From: Methanobacteriota archaeon
GTDB taxonomy: Archaea > Thermoplasmatota > Poseidoniia > Poseidoniales > Poseidoniaceae
NCBI GenBank assembly: GCA_018650165.1
Contig: JABIGM010000050.1
Location: 1-64,000 of the forward strand
Reading direction: 5' to 3'
DNA length: 64,000 nucleotides
Within the stretch, counting starts at the first letter, position 1. Each line of letters starts with the position of its first letter. Shown piece by piece: positions 30,638 through 39,687 of the stretch. The notes beneath the pieces are model-generated. The model ran no database searches. It had not been told where the DNA came from and saw only the letters and a list, made by a program, of their open reading frames with translations. The position numbers and the translations under genes were made by a program.

Positions 30638-31717
30638 TCAAACTTCGCCCGGTGTTGGTGATTGTGAAACATTCCAAGATGATGCTTGAGCTGGAGGGCC
30701 GCCATTCCATACAATTGTGTTGTTAGAAAGGAGAGCGGTTGTCGGGAACCATTCTATTTTGCAAACTTGGTTGCCAGCGCTTTCATCTTCTTCAGCAAAT
30801 AACATTCGTAGGCGTCCAGAATTATCATCTAAACCATTTATCGAACCAACACCGAGGAATCCACTTATTCCAAGATCATAAACGACTGAGGCATTGCCAA
30901 TGATTTGGCTTGCTGGATCGCCACTGAATAGTGCGATTTCCCCCCCTGGTATCACGCCTGATTTGTAAAGGTAATCTGATGACCCGCTACTGCTACTTCT
31001 CTCGAATGACCACCCTATCAATGAAAGTGCGAATCCATTTTGGTTCTCAACCTCTATCCATTCAGGACCACCATCGGCAGGGCGCGGGGAAATTTCAGTA
31101 ATACGCAGTACCTTTGGTGCTTTTCCGCCATCGTGAACTTCTAGACTTACTGAGATTACATCTATACCACTGATGAATGTTCGGCTTGCTACCGATGAAG
31201 TGCTGGCTGTTGAACGGTCAGAGCCCCCGTCAAATAACACCATTCCTTCTCTCGAAGAATTAGTTGACGATTCAATTTGTATTAGCAATCTTACTTGTAA
31301 ATCCGATGCCAACCCCAAACCGCCCGTCATAGCCTCTATGCTAACATTAGATAATGCATTCACGCGTTCTAGATCAAGAGTTCCGTTATTTATTATCCCA
31401 GGTTGAAGTACCCCCTCATACAAATTTGTAACAGGTATTTCATGCCAATTATCTGTAGCATTACTCTGGTCACGCACTCCGTCGACATAAGGAACAAACC
31501 AACCGTTTCCATTTGTAAGACGGTCTAAGCCATCTACTGCTGAACGGTCGATCAAATCTGTATATGGGTCATTACTACCCAATTCTAATTGTGCCAGCGA
31601 CATAAAAGCAGTCAATATCATCAAGAAAAGAGTAAATGCAGACAGGAATTCAATAACTGCAACTACCGCCTCATCCCCTATTTCGGGAGATTTACGAGAG
31701 TGTTTAGCCCCCTGCAT
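30638..31717 (-). CDS. Type IV pilin-like (class III signal peptide) protein with C-terminal lamin-tail domain
   Basis: N-terminus GDEA/VVAVIEFLSAFTLFLMILTAF; LTD signature LRITEISPRP..GPEWIEVENQNGFALSLIGWSF. Confidence 0.65.
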   Translation of the reverse strand: MQGAKHSRKSPEIGDEAVVAVIEFLSAFTLFLMILTAFMSLAQLELGSNDPYTDLIDRSAVDGLDRLTNGNGWFVPYVDGVRDQSNATDNWHEIPVTNLYEGVLQPGIINNGTLDLERVNALSNVSIEAMTGGLGLASDLQVRLLIQIESSTNSSREGMVLFDGGSDRSTASTSSVASRTFISGIDVISVSLEVHDGGKAPKVLRITEISPRPADGGPEWIEVENQNGFALSLIGWSFERSSSSGSSDYLYKSGVIPGGEIALFSGDPASQIIGNASVVYDLGISGFLGVGSINGLDDNSGRLRMLFAEEDESAGNQVCKIEWFPTTALLSNNTIVWNGGPPAQASSWNVSQSPTPGEV

Positions 31718-31839
31718 AATTATCGGGGGCGCATAAGGGAGTCAATAGGGTGTCGCCCGTATCTTAGAATAAGTTGACAATAGTGGCAATACCACCTCTA
31801 GTCACCGATTGATATTTGAGGGGCGGATGGTAGGGTAAC

Positions 31840-34821
31840 ATGATGTCCAGCGCGTATGCTGAATCAAGTAATGCCTCACGAGGGAGGAGCGTTGGCTTAG
31901 TAGCGCTATTGATATTATCAACATTAGGTGGTATATTGTTGACACCGAGTGTGTCTGCGACAGTCAGTGGAGATTACGAAATAACTGCTTCAATTTCACC
32001 ACGCCCTGGAGATTTCATAACTGCATGGGACCCTGTTTCTCTTGAAGTACAAGTCACTAATACTGGTTTCTTTTACAATACTGAAACACGAACTATTGAA
32101 TGGTTTGTTTGTGAAGGGGTAAAGGATGTTAGTACTTGTTTTAACGAAAGGGAAGATTATGGAACTGGGGCAATTGAACCGATTGCGGTTGGACAAAACT
32201 TAACTTACACATTCCTCACTTACTTTAGTTCTGACGGAGATGAAGGCGCCTATACCCTGGTTTATAGATTCTCAGATTCCGACACAAATACTACGAATGA
32301 TGTTGGAATCTATACTTTTAATTTCGCACAACAATTGGTAGATGTCTCCGTGGGAGCGCAAGACCCAATCGGCCAATTGAGTGGATTAGCAAATTACAAT
32401 GGTGAAATGATACTCAATACTGACACCGATTATAATATGAGTATAGATGGAATTGTTTCTTCGTGCGCATCATGCGGATTAGTAGCAGGAATTGGATGGG
32501 AGTTAATTGACAATTCTGGAACAGTTGTAGCTAATTCATCAAACCAGGTTTCTAATTTACCTTCATGGGGCCAGACCACATTCACAAGGGATATGCCGCC
32601 TCTCAATTTCGACACCGAGGGCCGCTATACACTGTCATATGGCCTGATGAATTCGAATGGGACACCTTTAGGTGACATGAATGCGTACAATGATGTTCAG
32701 AGTGTAGAGGTCGTATTTGATGACACTGTCGACCTGCAAGTTACCTCTATGTACCCTCTAAATGCTCCGGATTCCTCGACATACTTCTATGGAGATGATA
32801 GCGTCTCTGTGACTATATCGAACATAGGAAATCATTCTGTTGTCGAACCTCTAGTAAGGTTCTCTGTAATGGATTTGAGCGGAACTACTGAATCCGAAGA
32901 AGATTGTAATCCATCAGTAATTTTGCCAGGCCAATACGAGAGATGTATTTTCGATTTGAACAAGTTAGGCGATAAAAGACTCAAGGTATTCGTAAGTGAA
33001 GCCTTAGAAGAAGGCACTGATGCTAAGCCGGCTGACAACGTGCTGAATGTAGTTTCAGAGGTTATTGCTGGCGATATTAATCCTCTTATTGAACAGAGTA
33101 ATTTCTATGGGAAATACAAGACTGCAGACAACATTACTTTCACAGCACGTACACTGACAACAGCCGCTGGACCACTCACATATTCATGGTATCTAGCAGG
33201 CATGATAGAACTGTCGACCTTACCAGGCTTCATAGAACTCGGAGCAGAAGGTAAAGAAGTGCAAATTCCTGCAAGCGGGATTGGCCTAGGTGACCATTTC
33301 ATTACGCTTAGAGCCGTTGATGCCCTCGGCACAACGGAGTCTACCACTACTGAAATAACAATATTCAACAGTACGGATATTGGAGTTGGCAATTGGATGA
33401 ATGGTTCAGCCGTCACCAGAACACATGCAATCGGAAATTCGATGTATGACTTCCCTCTTTCAGGGGTAAATTATGGACCGGGTGAAAACTTGGAAGCTTT
33501 GCTAAGATTTTCCATAGATGTAATTCCGACAACAGAAGAAATTGATGCCGGAATGGATTGGATGGAATTTGATATTAACATTACATCTTTAATTCCAAAT
33601 AATGTCCCTCGTTCATCTATTGCCATCCACCAATTATATGGATTTGACCAGTTAGATTGGGACCCACTTGATGGAGATAATAGTTTCGAAATCATTGACA
33701 ATGACACCATCAGAGTACACATTATCGAAAACATGGATCTATTACTTGTTGGAGAATTGCCCCCCCCAAATATCGATTCGGGACAGCCAATATTGACACT
33801 CCTCCCTGATGGAGAAATGCAAATCGATTGGGAACCAACTGGAGATTTAACAAATCCATACTTTGGAGGATGGAATATCTATCGAGTTACTAGCCCGATT
33901 ACAGCATCTGCATATTTCCCTGACCCTGAAACCGTTAACAGTGAATTTGTCTGGAATGGTTTGATGAGTGGGACACTATCTGTTACTCTAGAAGGTACAA
34001 CAAATAGTTGGATAGATGAACGGCAATTAGAAACAGGCATTTGTGCATCCTATGCAATTATCCCAATTGATAGAGCTGGCAATCCTGAACACTTGAAAGC
34101 AAAGGTATCCTTAGAAAATGGTTTACCTGGACTAACATGTGGTGATTCAATCGACCCTTCAGCAGAAGTAAGTGGGTTTAAAGCAACTACATCTTACAAC
34201 AATGCCACTTCATGTTACGACCGATTCAATGATTGGAATCGATGCTACGAAATCGAATTGTCTTGGACATGGCCAGATAATGAGCCTGAGGGTGAACTCT
34301 CATGGAACTTATACCGAATTGAACAAAAACCGCAAGATGTAGATTTGAGGTATATTGACCCACTCGTTACTAATTTGACAAATGTTCCCGGTGAAAAGGG
34401 CTCTCTGGTACAATATGGAACTGAATATGATGGAATAATGCCATACAGGACATATTACTACATCCTTGCACCGTTAGATAGCGTGGGTAACGAATACACA
34501 GTAGTAGAATACCCTTCAAGCAATGTGAAACGAGTGTATGTTGAGGACCAATACTGGGTTTACAATGAATACCGTATTCCTGAGCCACCTGAGCCACCTG
34601 AGCCTCCATATGGAATCGAATGGTTAGGGGAACTCGAAGAATACATGCAAATTGAAAATTTCCAAATTGCAGGCATGGTGATGCTGCTTACAATAGTAAT
34701 CAACTTCGTGGGACTGCCTCTGGTTCTGAAAAAGCGTAAGAAGATGGCAAGGGTCCTAGCAAAGCGTGCTGCAAATCAGCCAACGGATTTGGATGATGAG
34801 TTCGAAGATTTCTTCAACTGA
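31840..34821 (+). CDS. Large secreted, C-terminally membrane-anchored beta-sandwich (CARDB/PKD/Fn3-like) surface protein
   Basis: Signal peptide, Asp/Thr/Asn-rich beta repeats (DTNTTND, DLQVTSM, PADNVL), EPPEPPEPP linker, TM helix followed by KKRKK. Confidence 0.75.
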   Translation: MMSSAYAESSNASRGRSVGLVALLILSTLGGILLTPSVSATVSGDYEITASISPRPGDFITAWDPVSLEVQVTNTGFFYNTETRTIEWFVCEGVKDVSTCFNEREDYGTGAIEPIAVGQNLTYTFLTYFSSDGDEGAYTLVYRFSDSDTNTTNDVGIYTFNFAQQLVDVSVGAQDPIGQLSGLANYNGEMILNTDTDYNMSIDGIVSSCASCGLVAGIGWELIDNSGTVVANSSNQVSNLPSWGQTTFTRDMPPLNFDTEGRYTLSYGLMNSNGTPLGDMNAYNDVQSVEVVFDDTVDLQVTSMYPLNAPDSSTYFYGDDSVSVTISNIGNHSVVEPLVRFSVMDLSGTTESEEDCNPSVILPGQYERCIFDLNKLGDKRLKVFVSEALEEGTDAKPADNVLNVVSEVIAGDINPLIEQSNFYGKYKTADNITFTARTLTTAAGPLTYSWYLAGMIELSTLPGFIELGAEGKEVQIPASGIGLGDHFITLRAVDALGTTESTTTEITIFNSTDIGVGNWMNGSAVTRTHAIGNSMYDFPLSGVNYGPGENLEALLRFSIDVIPTTEEIDAGMDWMEFDINITSLIPNNVPRSSIAIHQLYGFDQLDWDPLDGDNSFEIIDNDTIRVHIIENMDLLLVGELPPPNIDSGQPILTLLPDGEMQIDWEPTGDLTNPYFGGWNIYRVTSPITASAYFPDPETVNSEFVWNGLMSGTLSVTLEGTTNSWIDERQLETGICASYAIIPIDRAGNPEHLKAKVSLENGLPGLTCGDSIDPSAEVSGFKATTSYNNATSCYDRFNDWNRCYEIELSWTWPDNEPEGELSWNLYRIEQKPQDVDLRYIDPLVTNLTNVPGEKGSLVQYGTEYDGIMPYRTYYYILAPLDSVGNEYTVVEYPSSNVKRVYVEDQYWVYNEYRIPEPPEPPEPPYGIEWLGELEEYMQIENFQIAGMVMLLTIVINFVGLPLVLKKRKKMARVLAKRAANQPTDLDDEFEDFFN

Positions 34822-34871
34822 TTGCGTCAACCGTCTGCTTTATCTCAAATAGTCAAGTGGCCGGATTGCTT

Positions 34872-34954
34872 GCGGCGATCGCATAGCCTGGCCATTGCGT
34901 CGGATTGCTAATCCGATGGGTCTTCCCACGGGGGTTCGAATCCCCCTCGCCGCG
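34872..34954 (+). tRNA. tRNA-Ser(GCT)
   Basis: Acceptor GCGGCGA/TCGCCGC, anticodon arm TCGGA-TTGCTAA-TCCGA, long variable arm TGGG-TCTT-CCCA, T arm GGGGG-TTCGAAT-CCCCC, discriminator G; no intron; CCA not encoded. Confidence 0.97.
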
Positions 34955-34979
34955 CCTCAAAACAACTCTACTATGTTCG

Positions 34980-36062
34980 TTATTCAGCGTTGAGAACCTT
35001 ACGCTTATCGCTGACTGAATCTTTCCACTTAACCATTAAATTATTCACTATTGGAATTAATACTACAAATCCAGTTGTCCAATACCATATTTGATTTGTT
35101 GGAACTGCAACAACATAAACGAATGCGATAAACATCCAGGCAAGATAACCAAGGGACCGCATAAATGAGTCGAATGCAAGGGGCATACGCCCATTAGAAT
35201 CAAATTCTTCATTAGGATTGATTCTCCATACTGAGATTGAATACCAGATTGTGATTACAGTTGCTAAAACAGCCCATGCTTCTGGCAAACCAGATTCTGG
35301 CCAGAATAGAGGCACTGCGCCTAATAGCAATAGCAGTGCACAGTAGATTTTAGATTCAAAAAGAGTTCTTTCTGGCCCTTTTACATCAGGCATCATAGGA
35401 ACTCCTACCTTACCATACTCTCCACTTCGATAAAGTGCTAAAGCCCAAAAATGGGGCGGAGTCCATAGGAAGATTAGCATGAATAACATCCAAGGGATAG
35501 GTGAAGCGAGGTCAACGGGATTATAATTATCTGGAATACTGGTTGATGCTGCGGCAACAATCCAGCCGATCAGTGGAGGAGTTGAGCCCGCTATACCACC
35601 GATTACGATATTTTGTGGCGTCCTTCTCTTAAGCCAAATTGTGTATACTAATACGTAAAACACTACTGAAAAAAGAGACCAGAATGCCGCTTTCCAGTGG
35701 TATGGAAAGAATATCGCACTACCGCCAACCGCAGTAATAAGTCCAAAAATCAAGGCATGTCTCGGTGAAATCCAGCCATTAGGGAGAGGTCGGGTGCGAG
35801 TACGTGACATTCCGGGGTCTATGTCTCGGTCGTAGACCATATTGATTGCATTAGAACCTCCCGCTGCTAATGTTCCCCCCACAATTGTAACCATGCAAGC
35901 TTCTAGAGTGTTAAACCAAGTTCGATCTCCGGCCAATACCTCACTTCGCACTAAAAGGTCGTGAGCAAAAATTGCACAGACCGCAGTAACTTGAAGCAAT
36001 ATAACAACTCGCAGTTTCATCAACTGCAAATAAATCATTAGAAGACTAGGCTTTTCACTCAT
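34980..36062 (-). CDS. ctaB: Protoheme IX farnesyltransferase (heme O synthase)
   Basis: NMVYDRDIDPGMSRTRTRPLP, YTIWLKRRTPQNIVIGG, FLWTPPHFWALAL. Likely start MSEK at 36062. Confidence 0.96.
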   Translation of the reverse strand: MSEKPSLLMIYLQLMKLRVVILLQVTAVCAIFAHDLLVRSEVLAGDRTWFNTLEACMVTIVGGTLAAGGSNAINMVYDRDIDPGMSRTRTRPLPNGWISPRHALIFGLITAVGGSAIFFPYHWKAAFWSLFSVVFYVLVYTIWLKRRTPQNIVIGGIAGSTPPLIGWIVAAASTSIPDNYNPVDLASPIPWMLFMLIFLWTPPHFWALALYRSGEYGKVGVPMMPDVKGPERTLFESKIYCALLLLLGAVPLFWPESGLPEAWAVLATVITIWYSISVWRINPNEEFDSNGRMPLAFDSFMRSLGYLAWMFIAFVYVVAVPTNQIWYWTTGFVVLIPIVNNLMVKWKDSVSDKRKVLNAE

Positions 36063-37104
36063 CTTCTCCACCTTCGTTGCTCAGTTGCAATAAAATTAAT
36101 CCAATTGATGCACTAAAGAAACTAGCCACTCCAATTATCAAATGTAGTATAGATAAACTTTCAGGGAAATCTCCCATTTTAGCAAAGACGACATACATGC
36201 CTCCCACTAAAACATTCAGTAACCAAAACCCAGTTGCCAAATCCATACATTTCGCAAAACCATGGTGTGCATTTGTCTCAGTTGCCTTCTCTCGGATTTT
36301 CATTCCACCCATAATCAATGCAATACCAACAATTCCCGCCCCTAAACGATGAACCATTTGAACAAGTATCCCACTTCCATCAAGGCTGGGGAATATGTCG
36401 CCTTGACATTTTGGCCAGCCGTCAGGGAAACCTACTGAACATCCTTGATTTCCATTTGCTGATGATGAGACCCAAGCACCAAGAATCAATAGCAAGAATA
36501 TTGCTCCTGTAAGTATCATCACGCGTTTTAATTCAGATCGTTTGAACTTCAAGGGAGCGAACATCATTGGCCAGTTAGCACCCTCGATTCGTCGCATCTT
36601 GAAATATTGCCACAATAAAATGAACACAAAGGATGATGCAAGACCGAGATGTAGTGCTACAGACCAATCTGCATTGTCAAATTTGACCGTTATTGCTCCA
36701 GCAACTCCTTGAATAGTTAACAAAATCCCAGTAAGGAATGAGACTTTCACCAGGGTATCTCCGTACACTTCTTTTCGTTTCCAAATTATCAAGAAATTTA
36801 TCAAAACTGGTATGGCCATGATACTTGCAAGTAATCTGTGAATCCATTCAGTAAATATTTCAAATGTGGTATAACGATGATCTTCTCCACGACTATCAAA
36901 CTCTCCTGTGTCATTATACCACTCACCTTGGTCTTCTTCAGAAATATCAAATCCCCAAGTCCCGAAACATTGTGGCCAATCTGGACACGATTCACCTGCA
37001 TCATAAATACGGATTGTCCCGCCAACTATGATAACCAGAACCGACATTATTACAACAGCAAGTGGTAATGTCGAGGGGCGTCGGAGCCATTCGGATACCA
37101 TCAT
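36055..37104 (-). CDS. ctaA: Heme A synthase (COX15/CtaA)
   Basis: GESCPDWPQCFG, EWIHRLLA, second Cys loop GCSVGFPDGWPKCQG, QMVHRLGA, LHL. Confidence 0.93.
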   Translation of the reverse strand: MMVSEWLRRPSTLPLAVVIMSVLVIIVGGTIRIYDAGESCPDWPQCFGTWGFDISEEDQGEWYNDTGEFDSRGEDHRYTTFEIFTEWIHRLLASIMAIPVLINFLIIWKRKEVYGDTLVKVSFLTGILLTIQGVAGAITVKFDNADWSVALHLGLASSFVFILLWQYFKMRRIEGANWPMMFAPLKFKRSELKRVMILTGAIFLLLILGAWVSSSANGNQGCSVGFPDGWPKCQGDIFPSLDGSGILVQMVHRLGAGIVGIALIMGGMKIREKATETNAHHGFAKCMDLATGFWLLNVLVGGMYVVFAKMGDFPESLSILHLIIGVASFFSASIGLILLQLSNEGGEDE

Positions 37105-37157
37105 GTTGCGGGGGTAATAGGCTCCCTTTTAACAAACCGGACTTCGTGGGCTGGTTA

Positions 37158-38135
37158 ATGAGGACTGTGCTACTAGCCTGCTTATTCGGGGCCATCATAG
37201 TTTTCTCTAGCCATTCCGGCGCCCACGGAGCAGATAGTGTTCATTCAGAGGGGTATATTGTAGACGTTGTTGTTATCGATTTACAGTGTGATGAAAACCA
37301 TACATGCATCTCTAAGCCTACTAACGTCGTAGAATATTTTGGAGCCGATTGGTGTTCTGAATGCCCCGAAGTTGAACAACAATTACAGGAAACTTCTAAT
37401 CAATCGGCCTTGATTATTAGCCACCGCCCTTCATCTATTGATGATTATTGGTTACAAGCCTCTCGCGATAGGTTCCTCGATGTCTATGGATTGTGGGGCT
37501 ACCCTACACTTACTATCGATGGGCATTATATTCTAGCTGGACCTACACAATCGAGAGAACTGAATACACTATTATCAGATTCTGTCTCAAATTACAGTGG
37601 AATCTCAAATTTGACACTAGAAAATAATATTTTGAACTTATCAGGTGACCTTGATGGTCTAATGCTTGATGCTTGGACTGTAAGGTCTACTCAGAATCTA
37701 ACTAACATGGTGGTGAATCATACAAATCTTAGTGAAACTAATGTTGTTGGCCTCAATGGCGACAAATTAGTAATTGTAATATCCCAACCAGGGTTTATCA
37801 AATTGGTTTCAGGCTCATCACTCCCTGCAAATGATTACATTCCAGATGGGGGATTAAACGATATTGGAGAAAATAGCGATTCAGTAAGAGGTTCTACGAT
37901 CATCATTATCACTATTTTGTTACTGATAATTACATTACCTGCAACCTATCAATTACTGGCTGTCATGAAATCTCCAATATCCGAACAACCTGATTCATTA
38001 GAGGAAAAAGAAATTACGAGGAGATTTCATTCAACCGATGGTCCGAATATAGTGGTTGAGCAAAAAATAATTACTAACATTTCTGATAGTGTTATCATGG
38101 GCAATGTCAGCATAGATAGCCTAGAAAATGAATGA
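37158..38135 (+). CDS. Secreted thioredoxin-fold protein (CxxC) with C-terminal membrane anchor
   Basis: Signal peptide from ATG 37158, VEYFGADWCSECPEV, YGLWGYPTLTIDG cis-Pro loop, C-terminal TM helix. Confidence 0.7.
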   Translation: MRTVLLACLFGAIIVFSSHSGAHGADSVHSEGYIVDVVVIDLQCDENHTCISKPTNVVEYFGADWCSECPEVEQQLQETSNQSALIISHRPSSIDDYWLQASRDRFLDVYGLWGYPTLTIDGHYILAGPTQSRELNTLLSDSVSNYSGISNLTLENNILNLSGDLDGLMLDAWTVRSTQNLTNMVVNHTNLSETNVVGLNGDKLVIVISQPGFIKLVSGSSLPANDYIPDGGLNDIGENSDSVRGSTIIIITILLLIITLPATYQLLAVMKSPISEQPDSLEEKEITRRFHSTDGPNIVVEQKIITNISDSVIMGNVSIDSLENE

Positions 38136-38218
38136 TTGCTTTTCTATCGTGATGCGCAGGGTTCAATAACAGGGCGCTGGTCGCAAACTTCGCACGTAAT
38201 GTGCATGAGGTGTCAAGA

Positions 38219-38470
38219 ATGGTCAAACCAATCCGCCCACATACCCGCTTTGAAAGAGCTAGAATCATTGGTGCACGTGCCCTCCAAATAGGAATGGGTG
38301 CACCATTAAATGCTCCTGAAGATGTCCTACGTGAGGCTTTCAAGGAAGAATTAATTTCACTTTATGGACTAGAAGAAGCATCTGTTCGCTTTGTTCTAGA
38401 CCCGCTAAAGATTGCAATGTATGAGTACGATAACGAACTCATTCCAATCGATACCGACCCTCATAATTGA
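38219..38470 (+). CDS. rpoK: DNA-directed RNA polymerase subunit K (Rpo6)
   Basis: [21 protein letters not shown] ... [13 protein letters not shown]. Confidence 0.94.
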   Translation: MVKPIRPHTRFERARIIGARALQIGMGAPLNAPEDVLREAFKEELISLYGLEEASVRFVLDPLKIAMYEYDNELIPIDTDPHN

Positions 38471-38480
38471 GGCCCGGACA

Positions 38481-39563
38481 CTAATTGTCTGCGGCGTAGC
38501 CGTAGAAGTTTGAATTAACTGGGTCCGCTATTGCATCTCGCTTGACTAGCATGGTCCTAACTGCCCATAGGTCGGTGAAAATACGGTACTTCAATGTCAT
38601 GTCGAGATAATCGACACCACTAGATCCTCCAGTTCCCATCCTTCTACCAATCATTCTCTCGACCATTCTAGCATGGTGTGAACGGAATAGTAGCATTGCT
38701 TGTTCTAAATCAACTACAGTATCAACAAGTCTTCTTGGCCAAGAAAGTAATGGCAATTCTCGGTATGATTCAATATACAATAGTCCTGCTCTTGCAGGAT
38801 TTGCGACTCCATCTGGGAGTAAAAAATCTCTGGCACCAACTATTCCAGATTCTATTCTTGGACGTATTGATTCTTCAGTACCATGCCCAATCTTCACCAT
38901 GTGAGCGATTACTGACTCGCCGTGCTCCACCATGGATGACAGGTGATCTTCCACATAATTTTGTAGAATTTCAGTATCACCAGATACTCCATTAACTGGA
39001 GTTCTTGCTAACCAACGGGATAACACTTCATTTAGTGAAGGCAATTCATCAATACGATTCATGTTAGCCATTACTGAATCACTTAATTTACCTTCAGAGT
39101 GCAACTTTCTATTATGTTCCATTGGGTCCATCCCTCCAACACGTTGCTCAGATTTCAACCCCAACAACATCTCCAACGTTCGCATTTGCCAACTTTCAAA
39201 GCCTGAAGAAGTTCCTAAACGGTCACGGAATGCTAGGAAATCTTGTGGTGATAACGTCTCCATTACTTTCCATTGAGAGGCCAATAGCCTGAATATCTCC
39301 GAACATCTCTCCAAATGGCTAACAACTACCGGGATTTTATTTTCTTCAACATCGGGAACATTCAGCAAATGAAGGGCTTCTTCTAATTCGCGATTAACTT
39401 GTTTGAACCACAATTCAAAGGCCTGGTGCACCACAATGAAATGCATTTCGTGGTTCGAAGGGGCTGGATCATAACCTTCAGGTCCAGATTGAAGAGATAG
39501 TAGTTCATCCAATTGTAGAAAGTTGCCGTATGTCATACGAATGCCCGGATTTTCACTGCCCAT
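38481..39563 (-). CDS. kynA: Tryptophan 2,3-dioxygenase
   Basis: TYGNFLQLDELLSLQ, HEMHFIVVHQAFELWFKQ, GTSSGFESWQMR, HHARMVERMIG, GTGGSSGVDYL. Confidence 0.93.
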   Translation of the reverse strand: MGSENPGIRMTYGNFLQLDELLSLQSGPEGYDPAPSNHEMHFIVVHQAFELWFKQVNRELEEALHLLNVPDVEENKIPVVVSHLERCSEIFRLLASQWKVMETLSPQDFLAFRDRLGTSSGFESWQMRTLEMLLGLKSEQRVGGMDPMEHNRKLHSEGKLSDSVMANMNRIDELPSLNEVLSRWLARTPVNGVSGDTEILQNYVEDHLSSMVEHGESVIAHMVKIGHGTEESIRPRIESGIVGARDFLLPDGVANPARAGLLYIESYRELPLLSWPRRLVDTVVDLEQAMLLFRSHHARMVERMIGRRMGTGGSSGVDYLDMTLKYRIFTDLWAVRTMLVKRDAIADPVNSNFYGYAADN

Positions 39564-39586
39564 GATGAGCCCACAGGGGGTAGGGC

Positions 39587-39599
39587 TTGAAACCTTGAC
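39587..39599 (-). promoter_or_regulatory. Putative BRE/TATA promoter of kynA (GTCAAGGTTTCAA)
   Basis: Identical to the 13-mer upstream of smc, same 23-nt gap to ATG. Confidence 0.6.
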
Positions 39600-39687
39600 G
39601 GAGGATAAAAACGAGGATGGAAGTTCAAGTTTTTGGGTTGAAACAATTTTTCTATTACTCTATTTGCGTAATAGTCATTAATGAAAC

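Noticed and set aside
34872-34980. Integrated element at tRNA-Ser
   Set aside because: No integrase, no duplicated tRNA 3' end in the window, and housekeeping ctaB follows immediately
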